64,000 nt of DNA, from assembly GCA_022820835.1 (NCBI GenBank), contig JAJEET010000134.1:45-64044 (forward strand), given 5' to 3'. Below, one piece after another: positions 1 through 10,011 of this stretch; within the stretch, counting starts at the first letter, position 1; each line of letters begins with the position of its first letter. Source of the stretch: Candidatus Poribacteria bacterium (GTDB taxonomy: Bacteria; Poribacteria; WGA-4E; WGA-3G). A program made the position numbers and the translations under genes. The notes under the pieces are model-generated. The model made no database searches and had not been told where the DNA came from. It was given only the letters and a program-made list of their open reading frames with translations.

Positions 1-32
1 ATCAAGCAACTTTTTTATCACAAAACGCATTT

Positions 33-335
33 TCATAACACGACCCGCGCTGAGGCAACGCCTTCAGCAGTGTGACAATAACTTTGATAAATGTCAGTCC
101 AATTATTTTTGAAGGCGAAGTGGTGTGTTCCTTCAGGCAATGAATTAGGTTTCCTACTAACCGCAAAAACCGCTATTCGTGCAGAATCAACGAAATAGCA
201 ATTGTTGAAGTTATCATAGAATGCTCCGTCACCATCCGTATAAAATCTATGGTAATAAGGTTCGTATTTCTCCAAATAAGGAGGATCACCGATAATGTAA
301 TGCCCCGGTGGAAATGTTACAGATTCTTTTGGCAC
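33..335 (-). CDS. Small hypothetical protein
   Basis: 100-aa ORF with GTG start and GAAAGGAG SD. Motifs GxYxIGDPxY, GDGxF and VDS. The C-terminus looks possibly degenerate. Confidence 0.55.
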   Translation of the reverse strand: MPKESVTFPPGHYIIGDPPYLEKYEPYYHRFYTDGDGAFYDNFNNCYFVDSARIAVFAVSRKPNSLPEGTHHFAFKNNWTDIYQSYCHTAEGVASARVVL

Positions 336-407
336 GTGAGTTTGCTCCTTTCAAACGAAATTTATTTGAAAAAAATCGTGTGATTTATTGTCGGGGGACA
401 ATACAAA

Positions 408-818
408 TTACCGGCACAGATTGATTCCCATCATCGAAAAATGTTGGTCGAAAGCAAATGTCTCGCGGATGTTATTCTCGTGACATACCACAAAACTTGT
501 GCAATCGGTAAAAGATAACCTTGCGGAGTCATACTGACGAAAAAGTGCTTTCGCTTTTTCAAACACGTCTTTATCAATTTCTATAACGGTTAGACCGCCT
601 GCTATTTCGGCGTTTCCAATAAACTCAAGGAACGCAACGGCTATTGAATGATTTGTATCATATCTGAGTCGAGTTACGGTTTCATCAATCACGTAATCAG
701 TGGTTAAAAGTTGGGCTTCTCGGTCTCGCAAGTTGTTGTAAATTGTCATAGCTTCGGGATGGTGCCGATCATTCCGCTTGTAAATAGCAATCCATGCACC
801 GGTATCAACAAAAATCAT
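408..818 (-). CDS. vapC: PIN-domain (VapC-like) ribonuclease toxin
   Basis: Starts IFVDTGAW. Contains TDYVIDE, SFTDC and FAFD, giving the acidic PIN tetrad. 136 aa. ATGA overlap with the upstream gene. Confidence 0.9.
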   Translation of the reverse strand: MIFVDTGAWIAIYKRNDRHHPEAMTIYNNLRDREAQLLTTDYVIDETVTRLRYDTNHSIAVAFLEFIGNAEIAGGLTVIEIDKDVFEKAKALFRQYDSARLSFTDCTSFVVCHENNIRETFAFDQHFSMMGINLCR

Positions 819-2623
819 GGTTTTGGCTGCAATTCATAGATAACTTCATCGTGATTGACAGAAGCATCCATTGTGCCGGAATCGACAGATCCAACCATTT
901 CGTCAAGAATAGCATAAGCATTTTTAATTTCATTTCTCTTAATGATTTCACGGATCCGCCCACTATTCACAAGCACAATGAAGTAATCAAGCGTGTCTGA
1001 GGCACTGTTTAGGATGTTGGCAAAAACGTACCGTAGACTCTGGTTTTCAATGTCAAAATGCTCCATTTTTTTCAAATAGGTTCGTCCTTTCCGATGTGCA
1101 CTCCCACTTGATCGCAGGTCCTGAAGTTTTCGTAGAAAAGCGATGTGCGTGTCGGTCCCTTCAAGGTTGTTTAAATGCAGAGCAGCATCGAGAAGCGCGA
1201 TGCCGCTTTTACCTTTAAATTTTTCCTGTTTCTCAGAAGGAATCAATTTTTTCAGTGATTTCTCATTTAAGGAATCAATTAGTATCTTAGTCAGGCTTAA
1301 CACCATGGCATCAAAATCCCGTTGTTCGTCGGTAGCAGGAATTCTCAAGGATTTTAAGTGATGAGCATCGGCAGTGTGCAGGGGCAGCAACCACTGCCAA
1401 CCGAGTTGCTTCTGACTTACCTTTTGTAAATCGTGATAACGTTGTTTAAATATGTGTTCCGGTCTGTCTGAATTTGTGAATTGTGCTTCAAGCTGACGTG
1501 CGAAATACGTTTTACTCACACCGCCTGTTGGTGGGATGTTATATTGGTGCCAGTGTTTCTGTTCACTGAACGGCAAATCACGCCCAAGGTCTCCTAACCA
1601 GGCACAGACGATGTCATGGTGATGATTATCGATATACATGCTCCATAAACTCCCGCAGCGAAGGATAGAATCCTCTACAGTGTATTTACTTGGCTCTTGG
1701 TGGTACTTGTCCAAAACTTTCTTACGGAAATGGATAGGTGTTAGATAACTCGGTGCCTCCTCGTCTACACCGCGAATATTCCCAGGGTCCGCCGGCGTTT
1801 TGAGTGCATCTGGATCGGACGTGTATATGATTTCATCTCCGTTCTCATTGGCGTCAATAATAAACGAAACGAATTTTTGATCGGGTACTTCGGCAAAGGG
1901 CCAGAAGTTGCTTTTCGCTTTTGGCAGCGGTTCAATGAGTCGTTTTCCTACTAATCGACTAAACGCTCTACAGTTATTAATACCCTCAAGGTCCCCATAG
2001 CGTTGCATCCAACACATCAGATCGTTTTGCTTATCCGTGTCGCCCGCTGTAAATCCAAGTGCTTCTAATGTCTGCGTTGAAGTTTCACTAAAAATGAATT
2101 GAATGGCGAGATGCATCTCCTTAATTGCCAAAAATTGACGAATTTCTTTGAGCCGGATATGGACATGGTTCGGTTCAACAACCGCGACAACTTCCTCATT
2201 TCCATCTTCATCAATTTTGATGTATTGATCCGTTTTTCTTTCGTGATGGAGATTATGGAAAAGGCGGAACTCCTCGGATATTTCTGTATAGTCATCGCGC
2301 AATCCATGAAAACTTCTGCCAATGATTAGGGGTTCAACGCCGTTGTCAACGCCATAGCGGAGATATTCGCGTACTTCTCTACCACCTTTGTTGGAGATTA
2401 TGCTACTGGGCATGTTCTGTGAAAATTCCATATCCCATGTTGAAACAGAAAGTGCTTTTTCAATGTGAGCAGATGGAATCAGCACACAATAGATATAATG
2501 TTTACTGTTTTCTTCCGTATATGCTTGATATACAGTGAGCATCTCATTCAATTTTATGTCGCGTTGCATGTGCTGCAGGGTCTGTACTTGTGACAATCGT
2601 TTTTTATCTGTATCAATACTCAT
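815..2623 (-). CDS. Large hypothetical protein with HEPN-like RxxxxxH motif and antitoxin-like C-terminal tail
   Basis: Start moved to ATG 2623 (GAAAGGAG SD). Contains WLGDLGRDLPxxEQxHW and LQDLRSSGSAH. Ends GSVDSGTMDASVNHDEVIY. Confidence 0.7.
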   Translation of the reverse strand: MSIDTDKKRLSQVQTLQHMQRDIKLNEMLTVYQAYTEENSKHYIYCVLIPSAHIEKALSVSTWDMEFSQNMPSSIISNKGGREVREYLRYGVDNGVEPLIIGRSFHGLRDDYTEISEEFRLFHNLHHERKTDQYIKIDEDGNEEVVAVVEPNHVHIRLKEIRQFLAIKEMHLAIQFIFSETSTQTLEALGFTAGDTDKQNDLMCWMQRYGDLEGINNCRAFSRLVGKRLIEPLPKAKSNFWPFAEVPDQKFVSFIIDANENGDEIIYTSDPDALKTPADPGNIRGVDEEAPSYLTPIHFRKKVLDKYHQEPSKYTVEDSILRCGSLWSMYIDNHHHDIVCAWLGDLGRDLPFSEQKHWHQYNIPPTGGVSKTYFARQLEAQFTNSDRPEHIFKQRYHDLQKVSQKQLGWQWLLPLHTADAHHLKSLRIPATDEQRDFDAMVLSLTKILIDSLNEKSLKKLIPSEKQEKFKGKSGIALLDAALHLNNLEGTDTHIAFLRKLQDLRSSGSAHRKGRTYLKKMEHFDIENQSLRYVFANILNSASDTLDYFIVLVNSGRIREIIKRNEIKNAYAILDEMVGSVDSGTMDASVNHDEVIYELQPKP

Positions 2624-2758
2624 AATGTTCTCCTTTCTGTTAGCATGTAGAATATGTAACTTGAAGTATATCACATTTTCTGCTTGCATTGCAAACCAAT
2701 TTCGTTTAAACTCATATAGCAATTATGGCAGATCGGACAATTGGCGATACAGTGTCGA

Positions 2759-2786
2759 TCGGCGCGCTTCCAAAGCGCGCCTACCG
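2759..2786. repeat. GTAG-type REP-like hairpin
   Basis: Reverse strand reads GTAGGCGCGCTTTGGAAGCGCGCCGA. Confidence 0.6.
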
Positions 2787-2823
2787 GTAGGTGTCTACAA
2801 TTTTGTTACGAGGAGGGACGCGT

Positions 2824-3909
2824 ATGACGATTCGAGTCGGTATTGTGGGTACGGGTGGTATTTCACGGGCGCACCATAGATCCTATACGGCTGTCGGTGG
2901 GTTTGAGATCGTCGCGGTGTGTGATATTATCAAGAGCAAAGCGAACGAGGCTGCTGATCGGTGGGGTGTCCCAAGGAAACACGTCTTCACAAGCTACAAT
3001 AAGATGCTTGAGATGGACGAAATCGATACGGTCAGCGTTTGTACTTATAACCAAGGCCATCGCCGCCCGACGGTGGCAGCGTTGAAGGCTGGTAAACACG
3101 TCTTCTGCGAGAAACCGATGGCGGCGACGCTCCCTGATGCGACCGCAATGGTCCGCGCAGCGAAAGCGTCCGGTAAGATATTGCAGATTGGGGTCAAAAG
3201 TGCTTTTGCTCCGCGAGTGCAATTCGCTAAAAAAGTGATTGATGAAGGACTGCTCGGTGACATCTACTACTCCGAATCTGTAGGGTGCCGACGACGCGGG
3301 AACCCGGGACGTACATTCATCTACAAAAAGACCGCAGGCGCGGGTGCGATCGTAGACATCGGGGTCTACAATATGCACAACTCACTGTATGCGATGGGGT
3401 ATCCGAAACCGGTGCGCGTCTCTGCAATCACTGAGGATTACATCTCTCAGCAAGATCCGAGATTTAAGGGTATCATGGATGTCGAAGAGTTCGGTGTCGC
3501 ATGGGTGCGTTTTGAGAATGGTGGCGTGATGGTCTTCAAAATCTCTTGGGCAGTGCATCAGGATTCATTGGGTAGCAGTTTCTGTCTCGGTAAAGAGATG
3601 GGTATCTCGCTGAGTGGACCGGTTGTCTATGCCGATGCCTATACGGGTGACCTCAAGAAACTCGTCGAATCCGAAGGACTCACGGCGGAAGCGAACCCAC
3701 CGGAGGGTATGACAACTATTAAGTTCTCAGGATTCCCTGAGGTCAACGTTTGGGAAGCACAGATGACAGCGTTCCGTGAATCTGTTAAAGCGGATGCGCC
3801 GCCCGTGCTACCCCCGGAAGGTGTCTTACTCACGAATGTGATTATGGACGGTATCTTCCGTTCACATGCAGCGGGAAAAGAGGTGGCGGTGAAAGTGCCA
3901 GAGATTTAG
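2824..3909 (+). CDS. Gfo/Idh/MocA family oxidoreductase (copy 1)
   Basis: Rossmann motif GIVGTGGIS and AGKHVFCEKPMA. AGGAGG SD precedes ATG 2824. Confidence 0.92.
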   Translation: MTIRVGIVGTGGISRAHHRSYTAVGGFEIVAVCDIIKSKANEAADRWGVPRKHVFTSYNKMLEMDEIDTVSVCTYNQGHRRPTVAALKAGKHVFCEKPMAATLPDATAMVRAAKASGKILQIGVKSAFAPRVQFAKKVIDEGLLGDIYYSESVGCRRRGNPGRTFIYKKTAGAGAIVDIGVYNMHNSLYAMGYPKPVRVSAITEDYISQQDPRFKGIMDVEEFGVAWVRFENGGVMVFKISWAVHQDSLGSSFCLGKEMGISLSGPVVYADAYTGDLKKLVESEGLTAEANPPEGMTTIKFSGFPEVNVWEAQMTAFRESVKADAPPVLPPEGVLLTNVIMDGIFRSHAAGKEVAVKVPEI

Positions 3910-3997
3910 GTTAGCCGTCGGCTGTCAGTTGTCAGCCATCAGCAATTAGGAGTCAATGGAGAGGGCATATTTTTGTGTCTGCATAAAATTTATTATT

Positions 3998-4088
3998 AGG
4001 ATTTACGCATTTTTTCACGAATCCCAACATAATACGCACTGCAGGCGGTGTTACAAACCTCGCCTGCAGAGGGCATCGCGTAATTTCT
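3998..4088. repeat. AGGA(C/T)TTACGCA-family inverted-repeat element (degenerate)
   Basis: Ends AGGATTTACGC and GCGTAATTTCT, with internal hairpin GCAGGCG...CGCCTGC. Confidence 0.55.
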
Positions 4089-4107
4089 GTTATGAGGAGA
4101 GAACATT

Positions 4108-5193
4108 ATGGCAGTCCGAGTTGGTATTATTGGTACAGGTGGCATTTCACGTGCGCACAGGGGTACCTATGAGAAAGTAGGCGGTTACGAGATTGTCGCG
4201 GTCTGCGACATCATTAAAAGTAAAGCGAACCAAGCCGCTGATGAGTGGGGTGTGCCAAGAAAGAACGCCTTTTCGAGTTACAACAAGATGCTCGAAATGG
4301 ACGATCTCGATGCAGTGAGCGTTTGCACTTACAATCAGGGCCATCGCCGTCCGACGGTGGCAGCGTTGAAGGCTGGTAAACACGTCCTCTGCGAGAAACC
4401 GATGGCGGCGACGCTCCCTGATGCGACCGCAATGGTCCGTGCAGCAAAGGAATCCGGCAAAATCTTACAAATCGGACTCAATCCGACGTTTGATCCGAGG
4501 CTCCAATTCATAAGGAAGGCTTATGATGCCGGATTGTTCGGTGATATCTACTACTCTGAATCTGCAGGGTGCAGGCGGCGCGGGAATCCGGGGCATACGT
4601 TTATCTATAAAAAGACAGCGGGTGCGGGTGCAACCGTAGATATCGGTGTCTATAACATGCACGCTTCGCTGTATGCGATGGGGTATCCGAAACCGGTACG
4701 TGTTTCCGCTATCACCGAGGATTACATCTCTCAGCAAGATCCGAGATTTAAGGGTATCATGGATGTCGAAGAGTTCGGTGCGGCGTGGGTACGGTTTGAG
4801 AATGGTGGTGTGATGGTGTTCAAAATCTCTTGGGCAGTGCATCAGGATTCGCTTGGTGGTAACTTCCATCTCGGAACGAAGGCGGGGTTCTCGTTGGGTG
4901 GACCGGTTATTTATGCCGATGCATACGACGGTGAGCTCAAGAAGTTTGTCGAAGCAGAAGGATTAACAGCAGAACCGAACCCCCCTGAAGGTATGACGAC
5001 GATCCAGTTCTCTGGATTCCCGGCATCTGATAATTGGGCATCACAGATGATTGAGTTTCGTGAAGCCGTCAAAGTAGACGGGCCGTCGCCGATACCACCG
5101 GAGGGTGTTCTACTCACGAATGTGATTATGGATGGTATCTTCCGATCACACGCGGCGGGAAAAGAGGTCGCTGTAAGAGTGCCAGAGATTTAA
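4108..5193 (+). CDS. Gfo/Idh/MocA family oxidoreductase (copy 2)
   Basis: Same motifs as copy 1 and a close paralogue of it. Confidence 0.92.
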   Translation: MAVRVGIIGTGGISRAHRGTYEKVGGYEIVAVCDIIKSKANQAADEWGVPRKNAFSSYNKMLEMDDLDAVSVCTYNQGHRRPTVAALKAGKHVLCEKPMAATLPDATAMVRAAKESGKILQIGLNPTFDPRLQFIRKAYDAGLFGDIYYSESAGCRRRGNPGHTFIYKKTAGAGATVDIGVYNMHASLYAMGYPKPVRVSAITEDYISQQDPRFKGIMDVEEFGAAWVRFENGGVMVFKISWAVHQDSLGGNFHLGTKAGFSLGGPVIYADAYDGELKKFVEAEGLTAEPNPPEGMTTIQFSGFPASDNWASQMIEFREAVKVDGPSPIPPEGVLLTNVIMDGIFRSHAAGKEVAVRVPEI

Positions 5194-5278
5194 TGGCTGT
5201 CAGCGATTAGCCAGCAGCAGTCAGCGGGTAAGTTGGGTTTCACTACGTTCAACCCAACCTACCTGCGACATGGACGTG

Positions 5279-6331
5279 TTAGGCGAAGCGGACGACGTAT
5301 ATCCACGCCTTTTTTCCGCGAACATCTACCGTCAACCTCTGACGAACATCAAGAAAGTGTAGTCGTTCCAACTCGTCGTTGAGGGTTGTACGCTGTGAAG
5401 TCAGAAGTACCATTTTCCCCCTTGGTTTCAAGACGCGGGCATATTCCTTAAGACAATGCCGGTATAGATTCGTTAGTTGCGGTAGATTTCCGATAGTTTC
5501 ACCGAACGGGAGATTACAGACGACCTTATCGACCGTATCTCGCTGTAGCGGTAATTTGCGTGCGTCCCACTGAAAAAACTGGCGCGGTTGATGTTTCCTA
5601 CCGAAGTTCATGACGGTAGCGTCTAATGCGTCTACGGAGACATCGCCGCCGATCAGGTAGTCATAGCGTCCCATCAGTGCGCGTTCCAATAGTATAGTGC
5701 CAGCACCGCACATTGCATCTAAGAAAACATCGGTCGGGTGTGGACGGGACAGGCGTACCATACTGTACGCTACTGTCGGTTTAAGGGATGCGGGGATATG
5801 TGCCTGTTTGTAGGGACGCTGCGCCATATCGTTCCGAGAGAGTTTGACGCTGATATAGCCGTCGTCTCCATGTATTTCAGTCCAGACCTCCAACGCTGCA
5901 CGTCCAGCGGTAAGGTACCACCCACGTGCTAACAGTGCCTGTTCGATAACACGTTGTAGGTCTATGCGTCGGAAGTTGCGTTTTCCTGAGAGTCGGCTCG
6001 TCACGCGGAACGGCATCCGCTTTCGGATGTTAATACCTACCTGCCGACAGCATTCGGACATCTCTTTGAAATTGAAGCGTTTGAGCGAACCGCTCAGTGA
6101 TGCCAACGAACTGCGTGAACGTGTCATTTTCGGCATCTGCTTTAAAACAAGGAAGAGATGTTCGGCTGTTCGGAGAGATAGTAATTCACGCGGGTTACCC
6201 GTGTATTGAAAAATGAGTCGCTGCGGTTTACGTTCGAGGATCTTCAGGTGTTCGGTATTCCCGAAACGTTCTGATAGTTCCTCGCGCGCAATATTTTCTA
6301 AGCCCGCGCTTACAATGATTGAATAAAGCAT
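5279..6331 (-). CDS. THUMP-domain SAM-dependent RNA methyltransferase (Trm14/TrmN/RlmL-like)
   Basis: LDAMCGAGT SAM-binding motif, CNLPFG motif IV, and a basic N-terminal THUMP-like region. Confidence 0.8.
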   Translation of the reverse strand: MLYSIIVSAGLENIAREELSERFGNTEHLKILERKPQRLIFQYTGNPRELLSLRTAEHLFLVLKQMPKMTRSRSSLASLSGSLKRFNFKEMSECCRQVGINIRKRMPFRVTSRLSGKRNFRRIDLQRVIEQALLARGWYLTAGRAALEVWTEIHGDDGYISVKLSRNDMAQRPYKQAHIPASLKPTVAYSMVRLSRPHPTDVFLDAMCGAGTILLERALMGRYDYLIGGDVSVDALDATVMNFGRKHQPRQFFQWDARKLPLQRDTVDKVVCNLPFGETIGNLPQLTNLYRHCLKEYARVLKPRGKMVLLTSQRTTLNDELERLHFLDVRQRLTVDVRGKKAWIYVVRFA

Positions 6332-6420
6332 ATTTTTTTGTGGCTGTCGGAAACTATTGGCTATCAGCTATTGGTTGTTAGTTATCGGTTATCGGCAAGA
6401 TGATTTGCGGATGCTCACTA

Positions 6421-8679
6421 TCAGGATGGCTCGGGCCAATTCAGGTGGCGATGTAGGAACTTGAAGGTGCCATGGGAGTTAATCTGGTGTCCACCGTCGA
6501 AGAATTCTATCTCCGTTCTATCGGCGATTCCCAATCGGACGTATAGCCTCCGGACGACAGCGTATTCGTGTGCGACCCACTCATCCGGGGCAACGCCATC
6601 ATCGTGTCCACGTTCCACCATAAACGGGCGCGGCGCAATCAATCCTGCCATCTCACCGTAGTTAAACGTGTTACCGAGATCGAACTCCGGCATCTCGTAT
6701 TCGCCTGTGAACATATAACTGTATCGGGAATCGAAGGTCGCATTTTTGACGATCCATTCGTTGAAATCAGCGGAACAGATCGAGCAGGCGTATCGATCCA
6801 GCAGTGCGGGGACACGCATCGCCGTCTTTCCGCCATAAGACAGTCCATAAAACCCGATTCGATCAGCATCAACGAACGGCTGTTCTGCTAACCAGTCAAG
6901 CGTCCGTTCATGTTGACGCACAATCAACGAAAAGAGCGACCATTTTATCGGGTTTGCCTTGCGCTGGATGACGCGGAAGGCATCTTGACCGATATACGGA
7001 TTCTGTGGCGCGTAAGTGATAAACCCTCTATCTGCTAATTGTGCTGCATACGAGTGATAAACAGATGCTATCTTCGGATCGGCAGTATCCTGCGGTCTCC
7101 CTTCTAAACCGTGCTGACAGACGACAACCGGACGCTTTTCATCAGGTTGAAGATCGTTCGGAAGTAGGAGGATACCGTAAGCGAAAACGTCTTTCCAGAC
7201 ATCGAGGACGACCTCGTAACCTTTCCAGCTCGGTTCGTCATAGATGAGTCGGGTTCTCGGATTCGCGGTAACATCGGGAGGCGGACATCTGCCGATCACC
7301 TCGTCCCAGAAATAGGTTTTGGCATCCGCGCACGTCTCTTGCCAGCGTGTCAGTGAACTCGTATCGGTTTTATCCCAGAAGAATTGTTTCCGTCGTGATG
7401 CCGCTTCCCGTAAAAAGCGTTGCGTCAGATTAACGAGTTGCGTAAACTGTCGTTTCTGTCGTGCCTCGCTATCGAAATCATCAACGGCAGCAGGCACGGA
7501 AGATAAATATCCATCAATATGTGCATTTTTGATACCGAGTCCAGTGAGTAAATCCGTTAGTGTCTCTTGGGAACCCGGAAGCCTATCTTCAGTAGAGACG
7601 AGATGCAAAGCGTCTTCACTGTTGAGACGTTGGTAAAACTCGCTGGCACGCTTAAATTCTGATTCGACGGCATCTATCGGTGGGGACACGAGTTGTCCGG
7701 GGGCGGCACCGCCGCGTCCCGGTCGTGGTGCTGGCGGTCCAGCGACTTCGGGTCCGCGACTCCCTTCAATAATCAGTGGACGCGGTGCGATGAGACTTGC
7801 GATTTCAGCATCACCGAATTCGTGTAGCAATCCCCAGACGTTGCGATAAATCGGTTCTCGCCAAACTTCCTGTCGAGATTGGAAATATCCGCTGACAGCA
7901 GTCGCCTGAATGCGTGTATCAACTGCAGCACTGTAGAAGGCGATCAGTCCGCCTTCACCGTAACCGATAACTCCTATCGGCAATTCGGTGAGAGACATCC
8001 AATCGACTAACGACAACACTTTCTGCACTTCATATCCGATGATATGCCTGCCTAGCTGGTACGCCATCCGATAGATGAATTCGCGGTGGGGTTGGTTCGT
8101 CGTCGCACCGAGGGTCGAGTTACCGGAATAGGTGTCATCTCGGTTGATGAGGAGCGGAACGACAACACGGCACCCCGCCTTCGCCAAACGCCTTGCAAAT
8201 TGTGCCTTCGGTGGTAATTCGTCTGTTACCCCGGCAATCGTCTCTGGTGTCCAGTCGGCATCTGGCAGTGCAACGATTTGCGCGGTAATTGGAACGTTAT
8301 GCCTCGGTTCTAAGAGGAGTCCTTCACCCTCAACTTCATCAAAAACGTGCCATCGGACGCGGGAGACAGTGTAGTGCTCATCTTCTACGATCTGCGCGGT
8401 GTCTCTTGTCGTAGCGACGTAGTGGAGATCTTTAATCGGCAGCCGTTCGTCAATACACCCAATCTGTTTCCTAAAACGCTCGCGATTCGGCTCGACGGAT
8501 TCAGCATAAGCATCATGAGAATTGTAGTCGCGATGCCACAACGTTTCCCGCCTTTCAAGGGAATCCACCACCGCATTGCTAACATAACCGTCAAGCACCT
8601 CAACCATCTGTGCGGCGAGGTCTCCTTCAAACGTCAACAGGTTCGTTCCGTGTAGTGCTTGTGAAGTTTTACTTGACAT
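6421..8679 (-). CDS. Double alpha/beta-hydrolase (dienelactone hydrolase-like) protein
   Basis: Two elbows, GYGEGG and GLSYGG. LIAPRP occurs in both halves. C-terminal GGH. Confidence 0.75.
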   Translation of the reverse strand: MSSKTSQALHGTNLLTFEGDLAAQMVEVLDGYVSNAVVDSLERRETLWHRDYNSHDAYAESVEPNRERFRKQIGCIDERLPIKDLHYVATTRDTAQIVEDEHYTVSRVRWHVFDEVEGEGLLLEPRHNVPITAQIVALPDADWTPETIAGVTDELPPKAQFARRLAKAGCRVVVPLLINRDDTYSGNSTLGATTNQPHREFIYRMAYQLGRHIIGYEVQKVLSLVDWMSLTELPIGVIGYGEGGLIAFYSAAVDTRIQATAVSGYFQSRQEVWREPIYRNVWGLLHEFGDAEIASLIAPRPLIIEGSRGPEVAGPPAPRPGRGGAAPGQLVSPPIDAVESEFKRASEFYQRLNSEDALHLVSTEDRLPGSQETLTDLLTGLGIKNAHIDGYLSSVPAAVDDFDSEARQKRQFTQLVNLTQRFLREAASRRKQFFWDKTDTSSLTRWQETCADAKTYFWDEVIGRCPPPDVTANPRTRLIYDEPSWKGYEVVLDVWKDVFAYGILLLPNDLQPDEKRPVVVCQHGLEGRPQDTADPKIASVYHSYAAQLADRGFITYAPQNPYIGQDAFRVIQRKANPIKWSLFSLIVRQHERTLDWLAEQPFVDADRIGFYGLSYGGKTAMRVPALLDRYACSICSADFNEWIVKNATFDSRYSYMFTGEYEMPEFDLGNTFNYGEMAGLIAPRPFMVERGHDDGVAPDEWVAHEYAVVRRLYVRLGIADRTEIEFFDGGHQINSHGTFKFLHRHLNWPEPS

Positions 8680-8786
8680 ACGAGCTCCTTTGGAGGTTAG
8701 CCATCAGTCGTCGGCAGTCAGTATTCCATTGCTGATCGGTTTTCGTTTCCTGATAAAGGTAAACTGTTCAACGATGTCCTTAAAGC

Positions 8787-9974
8787 TTAGATAACTCCAT
8801 CTTGTCTTAACCGTTCCACTTCCTTCGGCTGCATTTTTAGCACGCTCGTCAGGATCTCGGTTGTGTGTTCACCGAGACTTGGGGCGGGTGCGTCCACGTT
8901 TCCAGGTGTTTCCGAAAGTTTGATAGGCACTCCCGGCACTTCCACTTCACCTGTGAGTTGGTGTGCGACGCGAGTAATCATCTCTCGTGCCTGTACCTGG
9001 GGATGACTGACCACCTTGTCCATCGCGTTGATTGGGCCGCACGGGACACCGATTTTCCCGAGGGCATCAATCCAGTCGTCCGTTGTTCTCTCAGACATTA
9101 TCTCCGAGAGGATTGGAAACAGTTCACTATGGTTTTCCGTCCGATCGGCATTTGTCTGGAAACGTTTGTCGGAGATGAGGTCCGCGCGATTGACGTGTTC
9201 ACAGAATTTTGCCCAGAGTATATCGTTGCCGAGTGCGATGATAACGTGTCCATCTGCGGATGCGAACGCTTCAAAGGGTGTAATCGCGGGGTGTCTTGCG
9301 CCAAGCGGTTTCGGCGGTTCGCCTGTCGCGAAATAACGGACAACGGCATTCTCCAAGACAGCGACGAGGCTATCTAACATCGCGACATCAACGAACTGAC
9401 CTTTCCCTGTTTGGTTGCGATGGTGTAGTGCCGAGAGGATACCGATTGTCGTGAAGAGCGCGGCAGTGATGTCACTAATAGATGTCCCGACACGCACCGG
9501 CGGTCCGTCGGGTTCACCCGTGATACTGATAATACCGCCCATGCCTTGGATAATCATGTCATAAGCACCGTGTTCTGCATAGGGGCCGGTCTGTCCGAAA
9601 CCGGAGCACGCTGCGTAGATAAGCGAAGGGTGCGCTGCTTTCAGTGCGTCGTAGTCCAATCCCAATTTTTTCATGGTTCCGGGTCGGAAGTTCTCCACGA
9701 GAATATCGGTTTGCGCCAGCAACTGCTTAAATACGGTTTGTCCACGTTCGGATTTAAGGTTCAGCGTTACACTCCGTTTTCCGCGGTTCACGCTCATGAA
9801 ATAGAGGCTAAAACCGTTTTTGAATGGACCGAAATTGCGAGATTCGTCACCTGTACCGGGTTGCTCAATTTTGATCACGTCAGCACCGAGGTCACCGAGG
9901 AGCATCGTCGCATACGGACCTGCAAGGACGCGGGTCAAATCTAAAACCTTTATTCCGTCGAGTGGACCCGGCAT
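8787..9974 (-). CDS. CoA-transferase family III (CaiB/BaiF)
   Basis: PLDGIKVLDLTRVLAGP, NRGKRS, ENFRPG and GAYD motifs. Confidence 0.93.
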   Translation of the reverse strand: MPGPLDGIKVLDLTRVLAGPYATMLLGDLGADVIKIEQPGTGDESRNFGPFKNGFSLYFMSVNRGKRSVTLNLKSERGQTVFKQLLAQTDILVENFRPGTMKKLGLDYDALKAAHPSLIYAACSGFGQTGPYAEHGAYDMIIQGMGGIISITGEPDGPPVRVGTSISDITAALFTTIGILSALHHRNQTGKGQFVDVAMLDSLVAVLENAVVRYFATGEPPKPLGARHPAITPFEAFASADGHVIIALGNDILWAKFCEHVNRADLISDKRFQTNADRTENHSELFPILSEIMSERTTDDWIDALGKIGVPCGPINAMDKVVSHPQVQAREMITRVAHQLTGEVEVPGVPIKLSETPGNVDAPAPSLGEHTTEILTSVLKMQPKEVERLRQDGVI

Positions 9975-10011
9975 TGTTGTATCTCCTTTGTGACTCAGCA
10001 GGTGTGATTAG

